DNA of 64,000 nucleotides from Haplodiscus bocki. Its lineage: Eukaryota. The first letter of the stretch is position 1, and the number at the start of each line of letters is the position of its first letter. The stretch is from contig OZ296648.1 in NCBI GenBank assembly GCA_965655095.1, positions 50,592,001 to 50,656,000 on the forward strand, given 5' to 3'. Under the pieces are notes generated by a model. That model did not search any database. It was given only the letters and a program-made list of their open reading frames with translations, and was not told the DNA's origin. Positions 15,001-26,850 of this stretch are shown here, piece after piece. A program made the translations under genes and the position numbers.

Positions 15001-18000
15001 GACGTTCCTACTATTTGCTATCTCATGGTTCGCGATAGTCGCTGATTAATGTGGGCGCATTTCTCGACGAAGAAATTTTAGTGCTTTGAAAATTAGATAT
15101 GCATCAACGGTTTCGGGGTTTGGAAGCAACAAGCAGCAGATTCAAATCCTGCTATGGGCCTCAATTTGTCCATTTTTAGACACTCGTTAACGCATTCTTT
15201 TTTTGAACAAAAAACTAATATTTTCTGAACAAAATTCCGCGCTTTTTGATCATTGGGTTCCATTTTGTCGGAAAAAGTTTCCAGTTGCTACTGCATTTGA
15301 GGCAAATAGGTTTTTCGCAATTTTTTTCAAAAAAGTGTGCAAAAATCAATTTTCCAAAGAACCCGTATGAAGTTGAAAGTTCGCAAAACTGCTGAAAAAA
15401 AGAAATGTAGGTGGTAATAAGTAATTTTTTTGAATTTCTGGTAACCGGTTTTTCCAATACCTTTGTTCCTACTGTCTCAAAACACCCTGACTGCGAAAAA
15501 ACTGGTAGTGGAGCATATAATCCTCTGATCCTCAGACTGAAGAAAACCAGAAAGCGCATTCAGTTTTGAACTTCTTCTTTGTTGCTACTATTACTTCTCC
15601 GAAGTTCCAAAGCTCTTTTTTTCATCTATGTCTCAATCCCAACGCTTGCACTTGCTACGCGTACTTCTTCAATATGATGGTCCACTGCCTTTTGACCAGA
15701 TAATACTAATTTTCCTAAAGTGCTATCATTATTGATCCACTTCGAATTTGAATATTTCATCTCAGCATTTCCAGAAACGATTTATTCTATCATGGTCTGA
15801 ACAGAAAAATTCCTATACGTAAATACGCATCAATTCAAGAAAAATTTTTGTTTCGAAGCATGTGTCAAGTTCCTGTTTTTCCAGAGTTTGAGGAAAAGGT
15901 ACTGAGACAAGTTTTCCTCGTTTTTCAATCAAACAACACAGAAACTACAGGTTTGATTTCTTTCAATGGGGACTTAATCGAAAACGTTTTTATTGTAGAC
16001 GAACATTCAGTTACAAAGTGGCTGAGTTGCATTCTCGAACCACATTCATAAGAAACCGAAAAATCCCTAAGTGCTACTGATAATGTGTCTTCTTGAGAGA
16101 AGGATTTACGTCTCTCGAAAAGAACAGGTTTAAGTTCTGCCATTGGGGTCTCAACGTAAGACTTTTTACTTTCATTATAGCATTGGATGAGAAAGTCATT
16201 GGCTTTCCACCCTGCATGAAAATCCTGACCTTCCAAAATTTCCGAAAGGTTCTGCTACTTTTGATAAATTTCGAAATTCACATTCAATTATCTCGGTAAC
16301 TGCAGGTTTGATTTCTCTCAACAGCGTGATAATCTCAAAACGTATACTTAGAAAATAGATTTCGATTGAGCATCTTTGAGTTAGACCATTTCATCAAAAT
16401 CCGGATAATAACAAATATTGACGGTGGTTTCATCACTGGTTTCTGACGGTATTCAAAAACATATTATTCCAGAACTACAGGCTTGATGTCTTCACCACGC
16501 TCTCATTCGAACAATTTTTACTTTTGGAAGAAATTTCGGCTGAAATGTCCTTCAAGGTGTTCATTAAATCAGAATTCTGATAATGTGAATGGTGCAAAGG
16601 AGCTATTAGTTTTGATTCATCTGGAGATACAAATTCTCTTTTTGTCCTCAATGGCCAGCATAAATTCTTTCTTCAAAGTTTCTTTGGACAGACACTTATT
16701 TTGCTGTGGAACTTTAGTTTTTAAAAGCAATGACTTGGTTAGTTGAGCTGGGACCTTCATATTTCGAAAAAGAGAACAAACTCTTCTTTTTTTGACGTTC
16801 CTACTATTTGCTATCTCATGGTTCGCGATAGCCGCTGATTAATGTGGGCGCATTTCTCGACAAAGAAATTTTAGTGCTTTGAAAATTAGATATGCATCAA
16901 CGGTTCCGGGGTTTGGAAGCAACAAGCAGCAGATTCAAATCCTGCTATGGACCTCAATTTGTCCATTTTTAGATACTCGTTAACGCATTCTTTTTTTAAC
17001 CAAAAAACTAATATTTTCTGCACAAAACTCAGCGCTTTTTGATCATTGGGTTCCATTTTGTCGGAAAAAGTTTCCAGTTGCTACTGCATTTGAGGCAAAT
17101 AGGTTTTTCGCAATTTTTTCAAAAAAAGTGTGCAAAAATCATTTTTCCAAAGAACCCGTATGAAGTTGAAAGTTCGTAAAACTGCTGAAAATAAGAAATG
17201 TAGGTGGTATAAGTAATTTTTTTGAATTTCTGGTAGCCGGTTTTTCCAATACCTTTGTTCCTACTGTCTCAAAACACCCTGACTGCGAAAAAACTGGTAG
17301 TAGAGCATATAATCCTCTGATCCTCAGACTGAAGAAAACCAGAAAGCGCATTCAGTTTTGAACTTCTTCTTTGTTGCTACTATTACTTCTCCGAAGTTCC
17401 AAAGCTCTTTTTTTCATCTATGTCTCAATCCCAACGCTTGCACTTGCTACGCGTACTTCTTCAATATGATGGTCCACTGCCTTTTGACCAGATAGTACTA
17501 ATTTTCCTAAAGTGCTATCATTATTGATCCACTTCGAATTTGAATATTTCATCTCAGCATTTCCAGAAACGATTTATTCTATCATGGTCTGAACAGAAAA
17601 ATTCCTATACGTAAATACGCATCAATTCAAGAAAAATTTTTTTTTCGAAGCATGTGTCAAGTTCCTGTTTTTCCAGAGTTTGAGGAAAAGGTACTGAGAC
17701 AAGTTTTCCTCGTTTTTCATACAAACAACACAGAAACTACAGGTTTGATTTCTTTCAATGGGGACTCAATCGAAAATTTTTATGTAAACGAGCATTCAGT
17801 TACAAAGTGGCTGAGTTTCAATCTTGAACCACAGTCATGATAAACCGAAAAATCCCTAAGTGCTACTGATAATGTGTCTTCTTGAGAGAAGGATTTACGT
17901 CTCTCGAAAAGAACAGGTTTAAGTTCTGCCATTGGGGTCTCAACGTAAGACTTTTTACTTTCATTATAGCATTGGATGAGAAAGTCATTGGTTTTCCACC

Positions 18001-20700
18001 CTGCATGAAAATCCTGACGTTCCGAAATTTCCGAAAGGTTCTGCTAGTTTTGATAAATTTCGAAATTCACATCCAATTATCTCGGTAACTGCAGGTTTGA
18101 TTTCTCTCAACAGCGTGATAATCTCAAAACGTATACTTAGAAAATAGATTTCGATTGAGCATCTTTGAGTTAGACCATTTCATCAAAATCCGGATAATAA
18201 CAAATATTGACGGTGGTTTCATCACTGGTTTCTGACGGTATTCAAAAACATATTATTCCAGAACTACAGGCTTGATGTCTTCACCACGCTCTCATTCGAA
18301 CAATTTTTACTTTTGGAAGAAATTTCGGCTGAAATGTCCTTCAAGGTGTTCATTAAATCAGAATTCTGATAATGTGAATGGTGCAAAGGAGCTATTAGTT
18401 TTGATTCATCTGGAGATACAAATTCTCTTTTTGTCCTCAATGGCCAGCATAAATTCTTTCTTCAAAGTTTCTTTGGACAGACACTTATTTTGCTGTGGAA
18501 CTTTAGTTTTTAAAAGCAATGACTTGGTTAGTTGAGCTGGGACCTTCATATTTCGAAAAAGAGAACAAACTCTTCTTTTTTGACGTTCCTACTATTTGCT
18601 ATCTCATGGTTCGCGATAGCCGCTGATTAATGTGGGCGCATTTCTCGACGAAGAAATTTTAGTGCTTTGAAAATTAGATATGCATCAACGGTTCCGGTGT
18701 TTGGAAGCAACAAGCAGCAGTTTCGAATCCTGCTATGGGCCTCAATTTGTCCATTTTTAGATACTCGTTAACGCATTCTTTTTTTGAACAAAAAACTAAT
18801 ATTTTCTGCACAAAATTCAGCGCTTTTTGATCATTGGGTTCCATTTTGTCGGAAAAAGTTTCCAGTTGCTACTGCATTTGAGGCAAATAGGTTTTTCGCA
18901 ATTTTTTTCAAAAAAAGTGTGCAAAAACCATTTTTCCAAAGAACCCGTATGAAGTTGAAAGTTCGTAAAACTGCTGAAAATAAGAAATGTAGGTGGTAAT
19001 AAGTAATTTTTTTGAATTTCTGGTAACCGGTTTTTCCAATACCTTTGTTCCTACTGTCCCAAAACACCCTGACTGCGAAAAAACTGGTAGTGGAGCATAT
19101 AATCCTCTGATCCTCAGACTGAAGAAAACCAGAAAGCGCATTCAGTTTTGAACTTCTCCTTTGTTGCTACTATTACTTCTCCGAAGTTCCAAAGCTCTTT
19201 TTTTCATCTATGTCTCAATCCCAACGCTTGCACTTGCTACGCGTATTTCTTCAATATGATGGTCCACTGCCTTTTGACCAGATAGTACTAATTTTCCTAA
19301 AGTGCTATCATTATTGATCCACTTCGAATTTGAATATTTCATCTCAGCATTTCCAGAAACGATTTATTCTATCATGGTCTGAACAGAAAAATTCCTATAC
19401 GTAAATACGCATCAATTCAAGAAAAATTTTTGTTTCGAAGCATGTGTCAAGTTCCTGTTCGTCCAGAGTTTGACGAAAAAGTTCTGAGACAGTTTCCCTC
19501 GATATTCAATCTCTAACAACTCAGAAACTACAGTTTTGATTTCTTTCAATGGGGACTCAATCGAAAATTTTTATGTAAACGAGCATTCAGTTACAAAGTG
19601 GCTGAGTTTCAATCTTGAACCACAGTCATGATAAACCGAAAAATCCCTAAGTGCTACTGATAATGTGTCTTCTTGAGAAAAGGATTTACGTCTCTCGAAA
19701 AGAACAGGTTTAAGTTCTGCCATTGGGGTCTCAACGTAAGACTTTATACTTTCATTAGAGCATTGGATGAGAAAGTCATTGGTTTTCCACCCTGCATGAA
19801 AATCCTGACGTTCCGAAATTTCCGAAAGGTTCTGCTAGTTTTGATAAATTTCGAACTTCACATTCAATTATCTCGGTAACTGCAGTTTTGATTTCTCTCA
19901 ACAGCGTGATAATCTCAAAACGTATACTTGGAAAATAGATTTCGATTGAGCATCATTTAATTAGTCCACTTCATCAAAATCCGGATAATAACAATTATTA
20001 ACGGTGGTTTTCTCACTGGTTTCTCACGGTATTCAAAAACATATTATTCCAGAACTACAGGCTTGATGTCTTCACCACGCTCTCACTCGAACATTTTTTA
20101 CTTTTGGAAGAAATTTCGACTGAAATGTCCTTCAAGGTGTTCATTAAATCAGAATTCTCATAATGTGAAAGGTGCAAAGGAGCTATTAGCTTTGATTCAT
20201 CTTGAGATACAAAATCAGTTTTTCTCCTGAATAGCCAGCATAAAAACTTTTTTTCAAAGTCTCACTGGACAGACATTTAACTTGCTGAGGAACTTTTTGT
20301 TTTAAAAAGTAATGATTTGATTCCTTGAGCAGGAACCTTGTTCTCTTGAAAAAGAGAACAAAAGGTTGCTTTTTTTTGACGTTTCTACTTTGCGTTAACT
20401 CATGGTTCTCAATAGCCGCTGACTAATGTGTGCGCATTTTTCAGCGAAGAAACACTAGTGTTCTGAAAGCTATATATCTATGATTGTTTTCGCGGTTTGG
20501 GAGCAACAAGCAACAGATTCGAATCCTTCTTTCGGCCTTAAGTTTACCATTTTTAGATAGTCAAAAAGGCAATCTTTCTTTTTGCCAAAAAACTAAAGTT
20601 TTACAACAGAATGCAGCAATTTTCGATCATTGGCCTCACTGTTGTCAGAAAAACTTTCCAGTTCTTATGTCATTTGAAGCAAATAGTTTTTTTGCGTTTT
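1..20700. repeat. A/B subfamily domain: two 1.8 kb variants in the order A B A B A A B A B B B A
   Basis: A carries gctgactaatgtg(c/t)gcgcatttttcagcg and gctacaatttctt. B carries gctgattaatgtgggcgcatttctcgac and gctactattacttctccgaa. The right boundary is approximate. Confidence 0.88.
133..1932. repeat. Representative 1800 bp unit made of ~10 diverged ~180 bp sub-monomers
   Basis: Clear core copies: actacaggtttgatttctc (133), actacaggcttgatgtctt (308), aatacagaattgatttatt (1399), actacagttttgatttctc (1578), agaacaggtttaagttctg (1754) and tttgcaggtttgatttctc (1933), with adjacent spacings of 175-179 bp. More degenerate copies lie near 485, 666, 844, 1026 and 1213. Confidence 0.8.
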
Positions 20701-23700
20701 TTTCCAAAAAAGTGGGCAAAAATCGTATTTTCAAAGAACCCGTATGAAGTTGAAAGTTTGTAAACCTGCTGAAAATTATAGTTGTAGGTGGTAATAAATA
20801 ATTCTTTTGATATTCTGGTTGCCCGTTTCTCCAATACTCTTGTTTTTGGTAGGTCAAAACAATATGACTTCAAAAAAACTGGCAGTCGAACATGTAGTTC
20901 TCTAAACCTTAGACTGAAGAAAACCAGAAGGCGCATTCAATTCTGAAATTCTTCTTTGTTGCAACAATTTCATACCCATAGGTACAACGCTCTTTTTCTT
21001 CATCGTTGTCTCAATCAGAGCGCCTGCACTTGCTAAGCATATTTTTTCCAAATGGTGGTCCAGTGCCTTGTGACCAGATAGTACTAAATTTCCTAAGATC
21101 CTATCAATATTGATCTACTTCGAATTTGAAATTTTCATCCCAGCAAATACAGAATTGATATATTCCATCATGGTCTGAACAGAAAAACTCATATACGTGA
21201 AAAGGCGTTAAGTCCAGTCAAAATGATTGTTTTGAAATACATGTCAAGTTCCTGTTCGTCCAGAGTTTGAGAAAAAATTCTGAGACCAGTTTCCTTCGAT
21301 TTTCAATCTCGAACAACTCAGAAACTACAGGTTTGATCTCTTACACTGAGGACCTAATTGAAAACTTTTTTCTTGGAGAGGACCTTTCGGTTAAAATTGG
21401 CTGAGTTCCATGCTTGAATCACATTCATGAGAAACCGAAAAATCCCAAAAAGCTACAGATAAAATGTCTTCTTGAGAAAAGGATTTACGTTTCTCGATAA
21501 GTACAGTTTTAATTTCTGTCATTGGGGCCTCAACGTAAGGCTTTCTACCTTCATTGGAGCATTGGATGAGAAAGTTATTCTTTTCCACCCTGCAAGAAAG
21601 TCTTGACTGTCCGAAATTTCCGAAAGGTTCTGCTAGTTTAGATGAATTTCGAAATTCACACTCAATTATTTCCGCAACTACAGGTTTGATTTCTCTCAAC
21701 AGCGTGATAACCTCAAAACGTATACTTAGAAAAAAGATTTCCATTGAGCATCATTGAGTAGTCCACTTAATCAAAATCCGGATAATAACAATTATTGACG
21801 GTGGTTTTGTCACTGGTTTCTCACGGTATTCAAAAACATATTATTCCAGAACTACAGGCTTGATGCCTTCACCACGCTCTCACTCGAACAATTTTTACAT
21901 TTGGAAGAAATTTTGACTGAAATGTCCAAGAAGGTGTTCATTAAATCAGACTTCTGATAATGTGAAAGGTGCGAAGGAGCTATTAGTTTTGATTCATCTT
22001 GAGATACAAAAATATTTTTTATCCTGAATTGCCAGCATAAAAACATTTTTTCAAAGTCTCACTGGACAGACATTTAATTTGCTGAGGAACTTCTTGTTTT
22101 AGAAAGCAATGATTTGATTCCTTGAGCAGGAACCGTGTTCTCTGGAAAAAGAGAACAAATGGTTGCTTTTTTTGACGTTTCTACTTTGTGTTAACTCATG
22201 GTTCTCAATAGCCGCTGACTAATGTGCGCGCATTTTTCAGCGAAGAAATTCTAGTGTTCTGAAAATTACTTATCTATGAATGTTTCCGCGGTTTGGAAGC
22301 AACAAGCAACAGATTCGAATCCTGCTTTCGGCCTTAGTTTTTCCATTTTTAGATAGTCAATAAGGCATTCTTTCTTTTCGCCAAAAAACCAAAGTTTTAC
22401 AACAAAATTAGCAATTTTCGGTCATTGGGCTCACTTTTGTCGGAAAAAGTTTCCAGTTCTTATCGCATTTGAAGCAATTAGTATTTTTTGCGTTTTTTTC
22501 CAAAAAAGTGGGCAAAAATCGTATTTTCAAAGATCCCGTATGAAGTTGAAAGTTTGTGAATCTGCTGAAAAGTATAGTTGTAGGCGGTAATAAATAATTT
22601 TTTTGATTTTCTGGTTGCCCGTTTCTCCAATACCCTTGTTTCTGGTAGGTCAAAACAATTTGACTTCAAAAAAACTGGTAGTCGAACATGTAGTTCTCTA
22701 ATCCTCAGACTGAAGAAAACCGCAAAGCGCATTCAATTCTGAAATTCTTCTTTGTTGCTACAATTTCTTACCCATAGGTGCAACGCTCTTTTCCTTCATC
22801 GTTGTCTCAATCAGAGCGCCTGCACTTGCTAAGCATATTTTTTCAAAATGGTGGTCCAGTGCCTTGTGACCAGATAGTACTAAATTTCCTAAGATCCTAT
22901 CAATATTGATCTACTTCGAATTTGAAATTTTCATCCCAGCAAATACAAAATTGATATATTCCATCATGGTCTGAACAGAAAAACTCATATACGTGAAAAG
23001 GCGTTAGCTCCAGTCGAAATGATTGTTTTGAAATATATGTCAAGTTCCTGTTCGTCCAGAGTTTGAGAAAAAGTTCTGAGACCAGTTTCCTTCGATTTTC
23101 AATCTCGAACAACTCAGAAACTACAGGTTTGATCTCTTACACTGAGGACCTAATTGAAAACTTTTTTCTTGGAGAGGACCTTTCGGTTAAAATTGGCTGA
23201 GTTCCATGCTTGCATCACAATCATGAGAAACCGGAAAATCCCAAAAAGCTACTGATAATATGTCTTCTTGAGAAAAGGATTTACGTTTCTCGATAAGTAC
23301 AGGTTTAATTTCTGTCATTGGGGTCTCAACTTAAGGCTTTCTACCTTCATTGGAGCATTGGATGAGAAAGTCATTCTTTTCCACCCTGCAAGAAAGCCTT
23401 GACGGTCCGAAATTTCCGAAAGGTTCTGCTAGTTTAGATAAATTTCGAAATTCACATTCAATTATTTCCGCAACTACAGGTTTGATTTCTCTCAACAGCG
23501 TGATAACCTCAAAAGGTATACTTAGAAAAAAGATTTCGATTGAGCATCACTGAGTTAGTCCACTTAACCAAAATCCAGATAATAACAATTATTGACGGTG
23601 GTTTTGTCACTGGTTTCTCACGGTATTCAAAAACATATTATTCCAGAATTTCAGGCTTGATGTCCTCACCACGCTCTCACTCGAACAATTTTTACTTTTG

Positions 23701-25805
23701 GAGAAAATTTCGACTGAAATGTCTTTCAAGGTGTTCATTAAATCAGAGTTCTCATAATGTGAAGGGTGCAAAGGAGCTATTAGTTTTGATTCATCTTGAG
23801 ATACAAAATCAGTTTTTCTCCTGAATAGCCAGCATAAAAACTTTTTTTCAAAGTCTCACTGGACAGACATTTAATTTGCTGAGGAACTTTTTGTTTTAAA
23901 AAGTAATGATTTGATTCCTTGAGCAGGAACCTTGTTCTCTGGAAAAAGAGAACAAATGGTTGCTTTTTTTGACGTTTATACTTTGTGTTAACACATGGTT
24001 CTCAATAGCAGCTGACTAATGTGCGCGCATTTTTCAGCGAAGAAATTCTAGTGTTCTGAAAATTACATATCTATGAATGTTTCCGCGGTTTGGAGGCAAC
24101 AAGCAACAGATTCGAATCCTGCTTTCGGCCTTAGTTTTTCCATTTTTAGATAGTCAATAAGGCATTCTTTCTTTTCGCCAAAAAACTAAAGTTTTACAAC
24201 AAAATTCAGCAATTTTCGATCATTGGGCTCACTTTTGTCGGCAAAAGTTTCCAGTTCTTATCGCATTTGAAGCAATTAGTTTTTTTTGCGTTTTTTTCCA
24301 AAAAGTGGGCAAAAATCGTATTTTCAAAGAACTCGTATGAAGTTGAAAGTTTGTAAATCTGCTGAAAAGTATAGTTGTAGGTGGCAATAATTATTTTTTT
24401 TGATATTCTGTTTGCCCGTTTCTCCAATACCCTTGTTTCTGGTAGGTCAAAACAATTTGACTTCAAAAAAACTGGTAGTCGAACATGTAGTTCTCTAATC
24501 CTCAGACTGAAGAAAACCAGAAAGCGCATTCAATTCTGAAATTCTTCTTTGTTGCTACTATTACTTCTCCGAAGTTCCAAAGCTCTTTTTTTCATCTATG
24601 TCTCAATCCCAACGCTTGCACTTGCTACGCGTACTTCTTCAATATGATGGTCCACTGCCTTGTGACCAGATAGTACTAAATTTCCTAAGATCCTATCAAT
24701 ATTGATCTACTTCGAATTTGAAATTTTCATCCCAGCAAATACAGAATTGATATATTCCATCATGGTCTGAACAGAAAAACTCATATACGTGAAAAGGCGT
24801 TAGTTCCAGTCGAAATGATTGTTTTGAAATATATGTCAAGTTCCTGTTCGTCCAGAGTTTGAGAAAAAATTCTGAGACCAGTTTCCTTCGATTTTCAATC
24901 TCGAACAACTCAGAAACTACAGGTTTGATCTCTTACACTGAGGACCTAATTGAAAACTTTTTTCTGGGAGAAGACCTTTCGGTTAAAATTGGCTGAGTTC
25001 CATGCTTGCATCACAATCATGAGAAACCGGAAAATCCCAAAAAGCTACTGATAATATGTCTTCTTGAAAAAAAAGATTTACGTTTCTCGATAAGTACAGG
25101 TTTAATTTCTGTCAATGGGGTCTCAATGTAAAGCTTTCAACCTTCATTGGAGCATTGGATGAGAAAGTCATTCTTTTCCACCCTGCAAGAAAGTCTTGAC
25201 GGTCCGAAATTTCCGGAAGGTTCTGCTAGTTTAGATAAATTTCGAAAGTCACATTCAATTATTTCCGCAACTACAGGTTTGATTTCTCTCAACAGCGTGA
25301 TAACCTCAAAACGTATACTTAGAAAAAAGATTTCGATTGAGCATCATTGAGTAGTCCACTTAATCAGAATCCGGATAATAACAATTATTGACGGTGGTTT
25401 TGTCACTGGTTTCTCACGGTATTCAAAAACATAATATTCCAGAACTACAGGCTTGATGCCTTCACCACGCTCTCACTCGAACAATTTTTACATTTGGAAG
25501 AAATTTCGACTGAAATGTCCTTCAAGGTGTTCATTAAATCAGAATTCTCATAAAGTGAAAGGTGCAAAGGAGCTATTAGCTTTGATTCATCTTGAGATAC
25601 AAAATCAGTTTTTCTCCTGAATAGCCAGCATAAAAACTTTTTTTCAAAGTCTCACTGGACAGACATTTAACTTGCTGAGGAACTTTTTGTTTTAAAAAGT
25701 AATGATTTGATTCCTTGAGCAGGAACCTTGTTCTCTGGAAAAAGAGAACAAATGGTTGCTTTTTTTGACGTTTCTACTTTGTGTTAACTCATGGTTCTCA
25801 ATAGC
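20700..25805. repeat. A' subfamily domain (~3 units)
   Basis: A-like units with the diagnostic gatctcttacactgaggacctaattgaaaac near 21335, 23131 and 24927, and with aaaactcatatacgtgaaaaggcgtta. Confidence 0.82.
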
Positions 25806-26850
25806 CGCTGGTTAATGTGGGCGCATTTCTCGACGAAGAAATTTTAGTGTTTTGAAAATTACTTATGTATGAATGGTTCCGCGGTTTGGATGCAACAAGC
25901 AGCTGATTCAAATCCTGCTATGGGCCTGAATTTGTCCATTTATAGATACTCGTTAACGCATTTTTTTTTAACCAAAAAACCATTATTTTCTCAACAAAAT
26001 TCAGCGCTTTTTGATCATTGGGATCCATTTTGTCGGAAAAATTTCCAATTGCTACTGCATTTGAGGTAAAATGGTTTTCCGCAATTTTTTTTCAAAAATG
26101 TGTGAAAAATCATTTTTCCAAAGAACCCGTATGAAGTTGAAAGTTTGTAAATCTGCTGAAAAGTGTAATTGTAGGTGTTAAAAACTATTTTTTTTAGTTT
26201 TTGTTTGTCCGTTTTTCCAATACCCCCGTTTCTACTGGGTCAAAACAATTTGACTACGAAAAAACTGGTAGTGGAGCATATAGTCCTCTGATCCTCAGAC
26301 TGAAGAAAACCAGAAAGTGCATTCAGTTTTGAAATTCCTCTTTGTTGCTACTATTTCTTCTCCAAAGTTCCAAAGCTCTTTTTTCTCATCTATGTCTCAA
26401 TCCCAACGCTTGCACTTGCTACGCGTACTTCTTCAATATGGTGGTCCACTGCTTTTTGACCAGATAGTACTAATTTTCCTAAAGTGCTATCATTATTGAT
26501 CCACTTCGAATTTGAATATTTCATCTCAGCAACTCCAGAAACGATTTATTCTATCATGGTCTGAACAGAAAAATTCCTATACGTAAAAGCGAATCAATTC
26601 ACGAAAAAGTTTTGTTTTGAAGCATGTGTCAAGTTCCTGTTTTTCCAGCTTTGAGGAAAAGGTACTGAGACAAGTTTTCCTCGTTTTCAATCAAACAACA
26701 CAGAAATTACAGGTTTGGTTTTTTCCATTGGGGACTGAATCAAAAAAAAATTTTGCAGAGGAGCATTCGGTTACAAACTGGCTGAGTTTCACTCTTGAAC
26801 CACATCCATGAGAAACCGAAAAATCCCAAAGTGCTACTGATAATGTTTCT
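25806..26850. repeat. B-like (B') partial unit bridging the A' and C domains
   Basis: The sequence switches to B-type gttaatgtgggcgcatttctcgacg at ~25810 and grades into C-type (gaaacgaaattacg...) by ~26850. Confidence 0.75.
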
